From: a virus
Taxonomy: Duplodnaviria; Caudoviricetes
IMG/VR virus record: IMGVR_UViG_3300022928_000003
Location: 1 to 58,398 of that record
Direction: 5' to 3' (one strand)
Length of the DNA: 58,398 nucleotides
Under the pieces are notes generated by a model. The model had not been told where the DNA came from and made no database searches. It was given only the letters and a program-made list of their open reading frames with translations. Numbering within the stretch: the stretch's first letter is position 1; each line of letters opens with the position of its first letter. Below are positions 1 through 10,589 of this stretch, one piece after another. Position numbers and translations under genes: made by a program.

Positions 1-796
1 CTGTTACGTCAATGCCTGTGTTGGTGGTGGCTAGTTTTTCAACCCCACTATAATAAAGTTGTGCTTCACCACCATCTTGACCAAGAAACATTTTTTGACC
101 ACTTGTATTTGTGATACGAACATTTGCTGTTCCTTGTAAATATAGGTCACCATCACCATTGTCTTTTACATAGCTATTACTACCATCGTGATAAATTTGC
201 AAGTCAGACCCTGCACCAAATATGGCTTTCTCATTGTCTGCAAAAGTTAGACTTCCTGATAAGTTTACATCTTGAGAAGCATCAACTGTAAAAGCCGTTG
301 ATCCACCAGTAGCAACTGTGATAACGTCTGAACCAGAAAATGTAATCGATGTGTTTGTATCTGCATCACCAGATATTGAATCTAATTGAATGCTTCCAAC
401 ATTAGTTAAGTTGGCATCACTCATATCTAATGAGCCAGTAACATCTAAGTTACCAGAAACACTTAAATTACCTGCCATTGTGACGTTACCATCAAACACG
501 CCACCATCTGCCTTGCTTACTGTATCAGCTACAGAGAATACATCGTAAACAATAATCTCAACAATATCATTAACGGACAACCCTGGATCAAAAACAATAG
601 ATGTACCACTAGTGGCAGTGTAATCTGCATCACCTAGCTTTACACCATTAACATACACATCAACGTAGTTGCTATCTCTGTAGCTTAAAGAAACGCCCTC
701 GGCCCCCGCTCCACTGAACGTTGTCTGTGAAGCAGTAGCAGTATAGGTATGTTTTTGTCTAACTCCGTTGGAAGGAGATACTCCTATGTATGCCAT
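1..796 (-). CDS. Tail fibre/spike protein 3, N-terminal part (continues across the circular junction into 58373..56587; ~860 aa in total)
   Basis: ATG at 796 (MAYIGVSPSNG...) overlaps the TAA of the upstream gene. The frame is open to base 1 and is in frame with the 56587..58335 ORF through the 25-nt terminal overlap. The junction peptide KLATTNTGIDVTGTAVTDGLTVAGNVSVDGG matches paralog 3702..6434. Confidence 0.85.
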   Translation of the reverse strand, partial: MAYIGVSPSNGVRQKHTYTATASQTTFSGAGAEGVSLSYRDSNYVDVYVNGVKLGDADYTATSGTSIVFDPGLSVNDIVEIIVYDVFSVADTVSKADGGVFDGNVTMAGNLSVSGNLDVTGSLDMSDANLTNVGSIQLDSISGDADTNTSITFSGSDVITVATGGSTAFTVDASQDVNLSGSLTFADNEKAIFGAGSDLQIYHDGSNSYVKDNGDGDLYLQGTANVRITNTSGQKMFLGQDGGEAQLYYSGVEKLATTNTGIDVT

Positions 797-3423
797 TATA
801 CGTTCTCCAATGCTACTATTCTAGCTTCTAATTCTTGAATAGTTTTTACAAGTAATGGTATCATCTTGCTCATATCCATAGTTTGATAATCTGGGATTGT
901 GTTCCCATCTTCATCTAATTTATTATCACCAACAGAAACACCATCTGGTAATTCTTCACCATCTTTCCATACTTTTACTGCATCTTTAGCTCTATTAACT
1001 GCTTCTGGTACAACTGACTGTACTTCATGTGCTAAAAATCCATCAATAAGTGTATTTGTAGTATCATGTGTCCAACTAAATCTTGCAGGTTTAAGTTGTT
1101 TTAGTCTTGTTGTTGCATCAAAAGTATAAGTAACATTATTCTTTAAACGATAATCTGAAGTTGCAGCATAACTAATAGACGTTGCGCCAGTATGTGATAT
1201 CTCACCTGCATTACTTCCATTGTCAGAAGTAAATAAAACAAAATTACCACTGTTATTAGAAGCATTGCTTCTCAAACTTATACAGGCTCTTGCACCAAGA
1301 TTTTCTGTTATATTAAATGTGCCATCAGAATTATTTCCATAAGCCTGTGATGTTTGTATTCTTGCAGAGCTATCAATTCTTAATCTCGGATTACCATCAC
1401 CATCTGATAACACAATTTGATTGTCTGATGTTCTTATGTCTAAGCCACCTGCATTGCCGTTGTAGCCACCTAAAATAACGTTTTTAGCTCCACTTGTTAC
1501 ATAATAGCCAGATTGATGACCCACAAATGTATTTTGATAGCCAGTATTACTGTATCCTGACTGCAATCCAATCATTGTATTAAAGCCATTACCTGCTCCA
1601 GAAGCATAACTATAACCTGCTTGATATCCTACACTAGTGTTCCATCCTGCTACTGTCTGTGAATAACTTGCTTGATACCCCACTGCCGTATTGTTAACTG
1701 CTGTGGTGTTTGCTTCTAAAGTTTCATATCCAATGGCTACATTTTTAGAACCTGTTGTGTTTTCTCTTAAAGACTGATGCCCAAGTGCTGTATTTTCTGT
1801 GCTAGTTGTCGTGGAAAAAGCAGACTGATAACCAATGCCAGTGTTTCCAGTGCCAGTGGTATTTGCATAAAGCGACTGATACCCAACTGCTGTGTTGTTG
1901 GATGCTGTGCTATTAAAAGCCAATGCGTGAGAACCAATAGCAACATTATTGCTACCTGTAGTATTAGAACCAAAAGAGTTCCAACCAAAGGCAGAATTAA
2001 GTGTACCTGTTGTGTTTGAAGCTGTTGATTGATATCCCACTGCTGTATTGTTAGATGCTGTGGTGTTGTTTTCTAGTGCAGATTTACCAATCGCAGTGTT
2101 AAACTCACCTGTAGTATTAAGACGTAAAGCATTAGTACCAACAGAAACTAACTGACTTCCTGTTGTGTTAGTATAACCAGACAATCTACCAATAAAAGTA
2201 TTAAAAGATGCTGTAGTATTACTATAACCTGCCTGATAACCAACTGCGGTGTTGTTGTCTGCTGTGGTGTTGTTTAAAAGTGCTTCAGAACCTACAGAAG
2301 TATTAGATGAACCAGTATTATATCTTAATGCTTGTTTACCTATTCCAGTATTATCAGTTCCAGTTGTATTTGCCCTTAAAGCGAAATAACCTAAAGCTGT
2401 ACTATTAGTTCCAGTAGTATTATCAGCAAGTGCATTATATCCAACAGCAGTCAAGGTAGAACCAGTAGTGTTATCTTGTAATGATTGATATCCAACAGCA
2501 ACGTTTCCAGTTGCTGTGGTGTTGTTGTACAATGAAAATGCACCCAATGCCGTATTTCCAGCACCTGTTGTATTTGAAAATAGAGCTACTGTGCCTACAC
2601 TAGTATTATCATTGGAAGTTGTAGTATTGTATCCAGCACCCTTTCCAAGCGATACATTTCGGATACCTGTAGTATTACTATATGCAGACTGATAGCCAAC
2701 GGCTGTGTTTTCATTTGCTGTGGTGTTGGAGTGCAAAGCCTCACGACCAACGGCAGTGTTGTATGAACCTGTTGTTGTAAGTTGCATGACATGACTACCA
2801 ACCGCAGTGTTCTGTTGACCTGTCGTTGCTGTTAGAAGTGCCTCTGTACCAAAAGCAGTATTGTGTACGCCAGTTGTGTTGTTTGCCAATGCAAGATAGC
2901 CAACGGCTGTAAGTGGTGAACCTGTGGTGTTGTCAAATAAAGCCAGATACCCCACTGCTACGTTGTTAGATGCTGTGGTGTTTTTTTCTAATGCACTATC
3001 ACCAATAGCCACATTATTAACACCAGTTGTGTTGTTATACATAACATCATCACCAATGCCTACGTTTGAGCCGCCAGTCTCGGTAAGTGCTAAAGCACCT
3101 TCGCCTATGCCTATGTTGCGAGAAGCTGTTGTGTTGCTGGAAAGAGAACCTGCACCAATTCCTATATTTGTAACCCCAGACGTATTAGATGAAAGTGCAT
3201 TATTTCCAATAGCTACATTAAACCCACCAGAAAGTGAACCACTTGATAATGCACCATTACCCAACGCAGTGTTCTGTGTACCAGTAGGATAGTTGCCATC
3301 TAGTTTAATAGTACCACCATCTACTGACAGGTTATTTGATAACGTTGTTGCACCCGTTACATCAAGAGTACCACTGAAGTTTGCATCAGTGGTTATCTTA
3401 GATACATCTTTTGCTCTTGTCAT
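796..3423 (-). CDS. Tail fibre/spike protein 2: 14-residue NTAVG/NTTG beta-helix repeats with C-terminal intramolecular chaperone (peptidase S74)
   Basis: Dozens of N-x-A-[VI]-G repeats; SDYRLK...GFLAHEV...LVKTIQEL coiled-coil S74 signature. Confidence 0.85.
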   Translation of the reverse strand: MTRAKDVSKITTDANFSGTLDVTGATTLSNNLSVDGGTIKLDGNYPTGTQNTALGNGALSSGSLSGGFNVAIGNNALSSNTSGVTNIGIGAGSLSSNTTASRNIGIGEGALALTETGGSNVGIGDDVMYNNTTGVNNVAIGDSALEKNTTASNNVAVGYLALFDNTTGSPLTAVGYLALANNTTGVHNTAFGTEALLTATTGQQNTAVGSHVMQLTTTGSYNTAVGREALHSNTTANENTAVGYQSAYSNTTGIRNVSLGKGAGYNTTTSNDNTSVGTVALFSNTTGAGNTALGAFSLYNNTTATGNVAVGYQSLQDNTTGSTLTAVGYNALADNTTGTNSTALGYFALRANTTGTDNTGIGKQALRYNTGSSNTSVGSEALLNNTTADNNTAVGYQAGYSNTTASFNTFIGRLSGYTNTTGSQLVSVGTNALRLNTTGEFNTAIGKSALENNTTASNNTAVGYQSTASNTTGTLNSAFGWNSFGSNTTGSNNVAIGSHALAFNSTASNNTAVGYQSLYANTTGTGNTGIGYQSAFSTTTSTENTALGHQSLRENTTGSKNVAIGYETLEANTTAVNNTAVGYQASYSQTVAGWNTSVGYQAGYSYASGAGNGFNTMIGLQSGYSNTGYQNTFVGHQSGYYVTSGAKNVILGGYNGNAGGLDIRTSDNQIVLSDGDGNPRLRIDSSARIQTSQAYGNNSDGTFNITENLGARACISLRSNASNNSGNFVLFTSDNGSNAGEISHTGATSISYAATSDYRLKNNVTYTFDATTRLKQLKPARFSWTHDTTNTLIDGFLAHEVQSVVPEAVNRAKDAVKVWKDGEELPDGVSVGDNKLDEDGNTIPDYQTMDMSKMIPLLVKTIQELEARIVALENV

Positions 3424-3432
3424 GTATTGCTC

Positions 3433-3681
3433 CTAAGCAGTATACCCTTGACCTGCTGTGATTGCAGCATTAACCGCTGTCATATCTTCATCTGTCCAAT
3501 AGTCCTTAGCCACCATAATTTCTAAGTGTGCTACGTTCCTATCAACACAGTCTTGCTTTTCTTCAGCTGTATCATCTGCCATTTCTGTACCTGCAATGAT
3601 TGCATTGATAAGGTCTACTGAGTGACCCATAGCTGTGTAGTCTTGTGCTATTTCTTCTGCTGTTTTTTCTATGTCTGGCAT
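3433..3681 (-). CDS. Small acidic protein, probable tail-fibre assembly/accessory protein
   Basis: 82-aa ORF with AAGGAG RBS, located between two fibre genes. Confidence 0.55.
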   Translation of the reverse strand: MPDIEKTAEEIAQDYTAMGHSVDLINAIIAGTEMADDTAEEKQDCVDRNVAHLEIMVAKDYWTDEDMTAVNAAITAGQGYTA

Positions 3682-3701
3682 TTTATTCTCCTTTTAAGTT
3701 A

Positions 3702-6434
3702 TTAGCCATTTTCTAATGCACTTAGTCGTGCTTCAAGTGCGTCATTCTTTGCTGACAGTTCTTGTATTGCTTTTGTTAACATAGGTATAAGTTCTGATGG
3801 TGCTAATCTTTGTCTTCCATCTGACTCATCTTCTGACCACATTTCAAAACCATTTTGTATTTCAGAATGGTTATCTATTACAGATTTAACTTCTTGTGCA
3901 ATAAAGCCGTGTTGTACTTTATCACCTCTACCCATAACTCTTTCATCAGAATTAGCAACATATGCTCTATGGTTAGATGGAACATCTTTTTCTTTTTTCC
4001 ATTTAAATGTAACTGGTCTTAAATCATTTATAAAAGATAAACCTGCTGTTGATGTAGTTATTTCTTCTTTATATCTTTCATCTGATGGTGCTGTAATAGA
4101 AGTGCCACCAAATGCTATATTAGAATCTGTTCCATCTTTACCAAATGTAAAGTTGGAATCTCCAGTTCCAATAACATTATAACCCATAACTATTTGGTCA
4201 CTACTAGTTGTAGATGATGTATCAGCAAAAGAACCAATAACAGTATTTCTATTACCATTAGTATTTCTGTCATGTGTCATAGTTTGAAAACCAAGACAAG
4301 TATTATAAGAGCCATCTGTTATATCTTGACCTGCTCCGTGACCCACTAATGTATTAGAAATTCCAGTTGTTATGGTTAATCCTGCATTGTAACCAAGTGC
4401 TGTACAATCAGTAGCTGTAGTTAAGGCATTTAAAGATTGATGCCCAATACCAGTATTGTCAGAACCAGTAGTACAATTTGTTAGAGCAGTTTGCCCGATG
4501 GCTACGTTATTAGCTCCAGTGGTATTGTCATATAGTGCCTGAAGACCTATTGCTATGTTGCTAGATGCTGTGGTGTTGTTTGCTAATGCTTGATGACCTA
4601 ATGCTACATTACTAGCACCAGTTGTGTTTCCATATAAAGACTGATACCCAATAGCAGTGTTGTTTGATGCTGTGGTGTTTGAAAACAAAGACTGCGAACC
4701 TACTGATATATTAAACCCACCAGTTGTATTTGCACCTAATGAATGTAAACCAACTGCTGTGTTGTTCGTACCACTTGTATTTGCATCTAAAGACACAGAC
4801 CCAACGGCTGTATTATTATTACCTGTATTTGATAATAAAGCATTTTTACCAACTGCTGTATTGTTTGATGCTGTGGAGGTACTGTTTAATGTATTTTGCC
4901 CAATAGCTACATTACTTGCTCCAGTCGTAATTCCATTTCCTGCTTGATAGCCCAAAGCAGTATTGCTTGTACCTGTAGTAAGATTATACATAGACTCAAA
5001 ACCAACTGCTGTATTGTAGGTTGTTTGTCCACCAGTAAAGTTTTGTGTGTATAATGCAGAATATCCTATAGCTACAGTTCTGTTGCCTGTAGTGTTTGAA
5101 CGTAATGAGTTCATACCCAATGCAGTATTGTTTGCACCTGTAGTATTACTGTAAAGTGAAGCCGTTCCCATAGCTGTATTATTTGATGCTGTGGTATTTG
5201 AGATTAAAGCATCACCACCGAAAGCCACATTGTATTGACCAGTAGTGTTGTTTTTTATTGCTTGATATCCAACTGCTGTGTTGTAAGTTGCTGTGGTATT
5301 TTGGTCTAAGGCATCAAAGCCGACAGCAGTGTTATAACTTCCTGTAGTGTTAGCGTCTAAAGCATCTCTACCAACGGCAGTATTATGAGTACCTGTAGTA
5401 TTCACAAGAAGTGCAGTATGACCAACAGCAGTGTTATAATTACCTGTAGTATTTGCTGATAAAGCATTATAGCCTACAGCAACTAGTTCTATACCAGTGG
5501 TATTGCTTTCTAATGATGTTGTTCCTACAGCAGTATTTTCAGCAGCTGTATTAGCAGTCAGTGAACCCCAACCAACTGCTACACTGTCATTAGATGTAGT
5601 GTTAGCATCAAGAGCATTCATTCCTACAGCTACGTTTCTAATTCCTGTAGTATTTGCAAATAGTGAATTATAACCCACTGCCGTGTTGTTTGATGCTGTG
5701 TTATTATATAAAGCACCTTGCCCTAATGCACTATTGTTAGAACCCGTGCTGTTTAACCCAAGAGTGTCTCTTCCAAACCCTGTATTAAAATTGCCCGAAG
5801 TATTAGTGGTTAAAGATGCGTGTCCTACAGCCGTGTTGTAGTTACCCGATGTAAGTGCATCAAGTGCTGCATCACCCAATGCCACATTATTCGTACCAAC
5901 TGGATAATTGCCATCCAACTTAATAGTACCGCCGTCTATGCTGACATTACCAGCTACTGTAAGTCCGTCTGTAACTGCCGTGCCTGTTACGTCAATGCCT
6001 GTTGAGGTAGTAGCTAGTTTAGGACTAGCATCGTGGTAAAGTGTTACTGCACCATCAATATCAAAAGTAGCCATCAACTCTGATGTTCCTTTATCAATAC
6101 TTACACCAGTGCCATCACTTGTTATATGTAGCTTCCCTGTACCAACGTCTCGTACATAGCTATTTGTAGCATTGTGATAAATCTGTAAGTCAGCACTGTC
6201 ACCTAACTTAATGATATCATTGTCACCCATGTTAAGGTGAGTTTGTAATGTTGTCTCACCTTGTACGTTGAGTGTGCCGTCTATATCAGTGTTATCAAGA
6301 TTGGTTGTTCCATCTATGTCAGCGTTTCCACTAACATCAAGAGAACCAGCATCAACCTCACCACTAAACGTACCTGTAGTTGTGTCAATAACAGTTGCAA
6401 TTATATCAGCAGGTTTCTTACCTATATATGGCAT
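3702..6434 (-). CDS. Tail fibre/spike protein 1 with beta-helix repeats and S74 chaperone domain
   Basis: MPYIG N-terminus, NTAVG repeats, SDERYK...HGFIAQEV...LTKAIQEL. Confidence 0.85.
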   Translation of the reverse strand: MPYIGKKPADIIATVIDTTTGTFSGEVDAGSLDVSGNADIDGTTNLDNTDIDGTLNVQGETTLQTHLNMGDNDIIKLGDSADLQIYHNATNSYVRDVGTGKLHITSDGTGVSIDKGTSELMATFDIDGAVTLYHDASPKLATTSTGIDVTGTAVTDGLTVAGNVSIDGGTIKLDGNYPVGTNNVALGDAALDALTSGNYNTAVGHASLTTNTSGNFNTGFGRDTLGLNSTGSNNSALGQGALYNNTASNNTAVGYNSLFANTTGIRNVAVGMNALDANTTSNDSVAVGWGSLTANTAAENTAVGTTSLESNTTGIELVAVGYNALSANTTGNYNTAVGHTALLVNTTGTHNTAVGRDALDANTTGSYNTAVGFDALDQNTTATYNTAVGYQAIKNNTTGQYNVAFGGDALISNTTASNNTAMGTASLYSNTTGANNTALGMNSLRSNTTGNRTVAIGYSALYTQNFTGGQTTYNTAVGFESMYNLTTGTSNTALGYQAGNGITTGASNVAIGQNTLNSTSTASNNTAVGKNALLSNTGNNNTAVGSVSLDANTSGTNNTAVGLHSLGANTTGGFNISVGSQSLFSNTTASNNTAIGYQSLYGNTTGASNVALGHQALANNTTASSNIAIGLQALYDNTTGANNVAIGQTALTNCTTGSDNTGIGHQSLNALTTATDCTALGYNAGLTITTGISNTLVGHGAGQDITDGSYNTCLGFQTMTHDRNTNGNRNTVIGSFADTSSTTSSDQIVMGYNVIGTGDSNFTFGKDGTDSNIAFGGTSITAPSDERYKEEITTSTAGLSFINDLRPVTFKWKKEKDVPSNHRAYVANSDERVMGRGDKVQHGFIAQEVKSVIDNHSEIQNGFEMWSEDESDGRQRLAPSELIPMLTKAIQELSAKNDALEARLSALENG

Positions 6435-6435
6435 A

Positions 6436-6774
6436 TTATGTTATCTCCATTATACTCATAGTAGCACTAATCTTATCAGCTATAGAAGAAGAAACTTTTA
6501 CTACGTCTGTTGTCTCTACAACTATTTTATTACCAGACATAATCTCTAAACTACCACCAACTGGAATAGGAGCATCTTTAATCACAGTTGATGTAACACT
6601 TGCACTTGTATCTTCAATTTCAACGGTAGCCGATACTTGAGCCGTATGAACATTACAAAGAGTCAATCCTAATATTATAGTGGTTGTCGAACTAGGAACT
6701 GTATACAAAGCATCTGTCTGATTAGCAGTTGTAGACATCACTGCATTGTTTACTAATTTAAATGTATTTGCCAT
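6436..6774 (-). CDS. Virion/tail-associated beta-rich protein (paralog of 51196..51585)
   Basis: MANTFK start; LYTVPS and DVVKV motifs shared with 51196..51585. Confidence 0.6.
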   Translation of the reverse strand: MANTFKLVNNAVMSTTANQTDALYTVPSSTTTIILGLTLCNVHTAQVSATVEIEDTSASVTSTVIKDAPIPVGGSLEIMSGNKIVVETTDVVKVSSSIADKISATMSIMEIT

Positions 6775-6784
6775 TCTTTATCTC

Positions 6785-7795
6785 CTATCCGAGAGCAATC
6801 GCAAGGGCAGTTGCTTCATCAGATGCTTCTGTTAATGTTGTTGCACCTATATCATTCAATACCTCACTAGCACTGCGACCCTCTACACTTGTGCCATTTA
6901 TTCTTAAAAAATCATCATCTGCTACAGTAGAATCTGCTACCAAAGTATTACCACTTGATATACCAGTATTTGTTAAGGCGGCTGTACCAAGACCAAGTGA
7001 TGTTCTGGCAGTAGCTCCAGATTCTGCTACAAAATTATTTCCGTCACCTACAATAAAGTTTCCATCAGTTACGGCAAGTCCTGCAACATCTTGTAGTTGT
7101 GCATCTAATCTTGCATTAGCAACTGTTCCTGTAAGTTGACTTGCATCAATGCTTTTATTTGTTAAAGTTTGTGTGCCAGATAAAGTTGCTACAGTGCTAT
7201 CAATAGCTACAGTAAGTGTATTAGAAGAACCACTTGTATCAATACCCGTGCCACCTGCAATATCTAAAGTTTCACTATCTAAATCTATACTTAATGCACC
7301 ACCTGTATCACCTTGAAAGTCTAGGTCTTGTGCAGTTACTTGAGCATCTACATACGCTTTAATAGATTGTTGTGTTGCTAAAGATGTTGCACTGTCAGAA
7401 GATAATCCATCTTCATCAAGAATAGCTGTAACTGTTGCACCACTAGCTAGTTTTAAATTACTGATATTTGTTACGTTACTTGCATCTAAAAACACTGCCT
7501 TCGCAGCTGGTAATGTGCAGAAAACTGTTCTTGTACCTGCCGCCCAATTCACAGCACTACCAGAATTAGAACTGGCTAGTATTGTTGTTCTTGCTAATGT
7601 GGTACCAGAAGCAGTAAAAGTACCAAGACCAACCTCAAAATCTGTGTTGTCGGTACAAGCATAATATGTTGTATCTCCATCACTAAGATTGGCAGTAAAA
7701 GTCTCAAAACCAGTAACGGCTCCACCTAGGGTATAGGTACCCGTTCCACTGGTAGTGGTTGTTTCTTTTACTCTATCTGATATTACTAGTGCCAT
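6785..7795 (-). CDS. Tail fibre-base/structural protein
   Basis: MALVISDRVKETTTT N-terminus; LATQQSIKAYVD and C-terminal ALAIALG motifs typical of podovirus tail proteins. Confidence 0.65.
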   Translation of the reverse strand: MALVISDRVKETTTTSGTGTYTLGGAVTGFETFTANLSDGDTTYYACTDNTDFEVGLGTFTASGTTLARTTILASSNSGSAVNWAAGTRTVFCTLPAAKAVFLDASNVTNISNLKLASGATVTAILDEDGLSSDSATSLATQQSIKAYVDAQVTAQDLDFQGDTGGALSIDLDSETLDIAGGTGIDTSGSSNTLTVAIDSTVATLSGTQTLTNKSIDASQLTGTVANARLDAQLQDVAGLAVTDGNFIVGDGNNFVAESGATARTSLGLGTAALTNTGISSGNTLVADSTVADDDFLRINGTSVEGRSASEVLNDIGATTLTEASDEATALAIALG

Positions 7796-8226
7796 TACTT
7801 CAACTCTATTGTCAGATTCCCTGCATTAATTCTAAATATATCACCATCAGCTATTACTTTATTAACATCTAATGCACCTACAAATAAAATATTACCACTT
7901 GTTAAAGCATCTGCTACAAATACATGTGTTATTGTTTCTGTTGTGCCACCAGATGCTGGGTATTCAATACTAGCAGAGTTAGTGGCAGTTTGGGTGTCTG
8001 TTGAATCATCACCTATTGTAGTCCAGTTTGCAGCTGTTACTTGTTGTCTTGCATAGTTTGTAAATGTCGCTTCTGTTAAAGAACCTGTTTCTGCGGCAGA
8101 TACGGCTGTTGCTAGTCCTACATAAATACTGTCTCCTGGACTAGAAAAGCTAAGAGAGTTATTTTTGAATATATAATGTAATATCCTTCTCTCTAAATAA
8201 TTGGTTGCTGCATTTGATGTTGCCAT
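7795..8226 (-). CDS. Tail structural protein
   Basis: YVGL...YARQ...GNILF...GDIFRINAGNL pattern; tail module context. Confidence 0.65.
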   Translation of the reverse strand: MATSNAATNYLERRILHYIFKNNSLSFSSPGDSIYVGLATAVSAAETGSLTEATFTNYARQQVTAANWTTIGDDSTDTQTATNSASIEYPASGGTTETITHVFVADALTSGNILFVGALDVNKVIADGDIFRINAGNLTIELK

Positions 8227-8235
8227 TTTTAACTC

Positions 8236-8883
8236 CTATGTTCTTGGTCTAGAAGGTAGACCCATTCTATAGCCATCTGTGTTTTCTCTTGCTTCTCCAA
8301 AGTCTTTTAATCTTTCTATATAAAAAATGTAATTTTTTTCATATTGAGCTTGAACATCTGGCTCACCTTTCATAAAGTTGTATGCCTCTATTAAAGAACC
8401 ATAAAGCAATGCAAAAGGTGCATTTGTACTAATCCAAGTTGTGCCACCATCAGCTCCTGCGGTCAAACTATCTGGTCTGTAATAATAATGTAACTCAACA
8501 GTGTAGTTTGCATCAGGAGTTGGTGCTACAATAAAATTAGAAATATCAAACTGTGCATAATACCTTGGCTTTCCTGTAGAAGAAGAACCATTGTAAGCCT
8601 CTTGTAAAAAATTAACATCTTTATGAAGCAAAAATTCTTCACTACCTGCTGTAGTTATTTGAAGAGAAAATGAAGAAAGATAATCTGATGGTAGACTTAA
8701 AAATTTATCATTTAAAGAAACAGCAGATGTTACGTTTTTTCTAAAGTAATCTAAATCTACAGATTTAAATATTTTTTCTTCTGCTGCTTTAATAAAATTA
8801 TTTAAATTGTTTACAAAAACAGTTTCATCATTATCTGTATAATCTTGTATAGCTGTTTTTAATGTTGCTAATGTAAAACTCAT
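8236..8883 (-). CDS. Head-tail adaptor/tail tubular-like protein
   Basis: G-x-P-x-Y-Y...APTPD..Y..E..Y motif; LLYGSL.EA motif. Confidence 0.65.
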   Translation of the reverse strand: MSFTLATLKTAIQDYTDNDETVFVNNLNNFIKAAEEKIFKSVDLDYFRKNVTSAVSLNDKFLSLPSDYLSSFSLQITTAGSEEFLLHKDVNFLQEAYNGSSSTGKPRYYAQFDISNFIVAPTPDANYTVELHYYYRPDSLTAGADGGTTWISTNAPFALLYGSLIEAYNFMKGEPDVQAQYEKNYIFYIERLKDFGEARENTDGYRMGLPSRPRT

Positions 8884-9377
8884 TAATTTGTTATAGTGAC
8901 AGGGCCTGCTGAAGCAATGCCACCACCTCCCTTTTGTGTTATGGTTGAAGTAGAACCACTATCAAATGTATAATTATTATCATCTGTTTTTGTTATCGTA
9001 AAGCCACTTTCAGAATTTAGAGTTGTGCTAGAAATGTTACCTATAGAGGACACATTTCTAAACCTAACAGTGTCACTTGATGACCTTCCATGATTAGGTT
9101 CGTTAACGCTTATTGTTGTTGAAGATATTGTAATAGTAAAAGCATTTAAAGGTAATATGTTAGGAACAGCAGTTTCTGTTCTGTCTGGTCTTGCGTTTCT
9201 TAGAGCTTCTGGATCAGTTGGTATTCTTGGAGGTGTAAGTTGAGGATGTTTTTCTTCATATTCATCTTTGCCAACAAATGAACCATTCCATTCTTTGCGC
9301 ATATCTTTAATTCTATATCTAAATCCAGAACGATCTGATACTCCAAAAGCATGTTTACCAGACGCAAAAGCTCCCAT
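8883..9377 (-). CDS. Conserved virion protein (DRSGFRY...KHPQ N-domain plus beta-rich C-domain)
   Basis: ORF coupled to neighbours; C-domain resembles the TITVLDPAHG...GGG segment of 51585..53720. Confidence 0.55.
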   Translation of the reverse strand: MGAFASGKHAFGVSDRSGFRYRIKDMRKEWNGSFVGKDEYEEKHPQLTPPRIPTDPEALRNARPDRTETAVPNILPLNAFTITISSTTISVNEPNHGRSSSDTVRFRNVSSIGNISSTTLNSESGFTITKTDDNNYTFDSGSTSTITQKGGGGIASAGPVTITN

Positions 9378-10045
9378 TATCCCACCTTATAATAATTAAG
9401 TTGCGGTGTTACTGTAAAACTTGATCTATCTCTATCTTCACCCATAGCTCTTTCAAATTCTTCTTCATAAACTGTTTTTAATAATTGTATTCTGTCAGGA
9501 GCTTTTTTCATTGATATATAATATGCTAATCCAGCAGTTAAGCATGGGTAAAATCTAAATGGTATTTCCATTGTGTTCACTTGACTATCAGCATCTTGCA
9601 TTCTAGTCAAAGCATCATAAACTATAACATCTGTACTGTTTTCAGGACTGGGCCAAATTTTTAAATTAGGAGTTATTTGTCTATCAAGAAAAAATTGAGT
9701 TGGTCTACCAGTGGTTGTTTTTGTTGGTATAGCTAAATAAGTATCTCTACTAACTCTGCTCATGCTAAAATCTGTGCCACTTCTTCTAACAACAGCAGAC
9801 AATATATCAATTACGTCAGATCCTAATGAATAATCTGCATCACTTGCTGTTAGCGCTTGTGTTCTTTGTTCTATTGTCCATTGATTTAAACCTCTATTAG
9901 CCCATTCCGCTAACATTAAATTCAAAGATCTTTTTGCTGTTTGAAGATCATATCCAGTGCGAACTTCTAAACCACATCTTTCAAATGCTTCTTCTATGTA
10001 TTCAACTACGTCAAGTTCAAAGTCTGTTGAATTAGATGTTGTCAT
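9377..10045 (-). CDS. Head-tail connector (P22 gp4-like adaptor)
   Basis: IEEAFERCG...AKRSLNLMLAEWANRGLN, GRPTQFF, WPSP motifs. Confidence 0.7.
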   Translation of the reverse strand: MTTSNSTDFELDVVEYIEEAFERCGLEVRTGYDLQTAKRSLNLMLAEWANRGLNQWTIEQRTQALTASDADYSLGSDVIDILSAVVRRSGTDFSMSRVSRDTYLAIPTKTTTGRPTQFFLDRQITPNLKIWPSPENSTDVIVYDALTRMQDADSQVNTMEIPFRFYPCLTAGLAYYISMKKAPDRIQLLKTVYEEEFERAMGEDRDRSSFTVTPQLNYYKVG

Positions 10046-10320
10046 TTCTTTTTTCTCCTAAGAGATTTAACTCTTCTTGGTTTACCTGCGGGTTGCCCTA
10101 ATTTATTCTTTTGATTTATTCTACTTCTTTTTTCTGCTGCTGTCATCTCTGATCTAGTTTTAGGAGTTTTTGAAGATATTCGTTTACTTGGTCTACAATA
10201 AGGAGTGCCTCGTTTTTCTCCTTTTTTACGACCACATGCCTTGCCCGTTTTAACGTCTTTCCAATCTTCTTTAAACCATCTTTTAAGAGCTAATCCAGAT
10301 TTTGTTTTTCTAACAGCCAT
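10042..10320 (-). CDS. Small highly basic virion-module protein
   Basis: K/R-rich 92 aa, LKRWFKEDW and PYCRP motifs. Confidence 0.6.
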   Translation of the reverse strand: MAVRKTKSGLALKRWFKEDWKDVKTGKACGRKKGEKRGTPYCRPSKRISSKTPKTRSEMTAAEKRSRINQKNKLGQPAGKPRRVKSLRRKKK

Positions 10321-10589
10321 TATCTATACTTTGTAATTTTTCTTCTATTTTCCATAACGATACCACAACCACGAGCTATATTTTTATTTTTAGCAGGTCT
10401 TTTACGTTTTTGCTTGGTAACATTACCACCATTTTTTAATTCTACGACACCACCTTCTGCTTTTTTCTTAGCGTTACCATAATTAGACGCACCAACCTTT
10501 CTGCATTTTGCAATAGCTCCTGAAGCATAAGCTGATGGAAAAACTCTGTAGCGAGCTTTAACTTTTCTGTAACAAGCGTCTTTTGGCAT
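10320..10589 (-). CDS. Small highly basic protein with GG motifs
   Basis: FPSAYASG, AEGGVV, KNGGNV, ARGCG. Confidence 0.6.
   Translation of the reverse strand: MPKDACYRKVKARYRVFPSAYASGAIAKCRKVGASNYGNAKKKAEGGVVELKNGGNVTKQKRKRPAKNKNIARGCGIVMENRRKITKYR

Noticed and set aside
796-6434. Diversity-generating retroelement acting on tail fibres
   Set aside because: No reverse transcriptase, and no TR/VR pair with adenine-specific mismatches was seen
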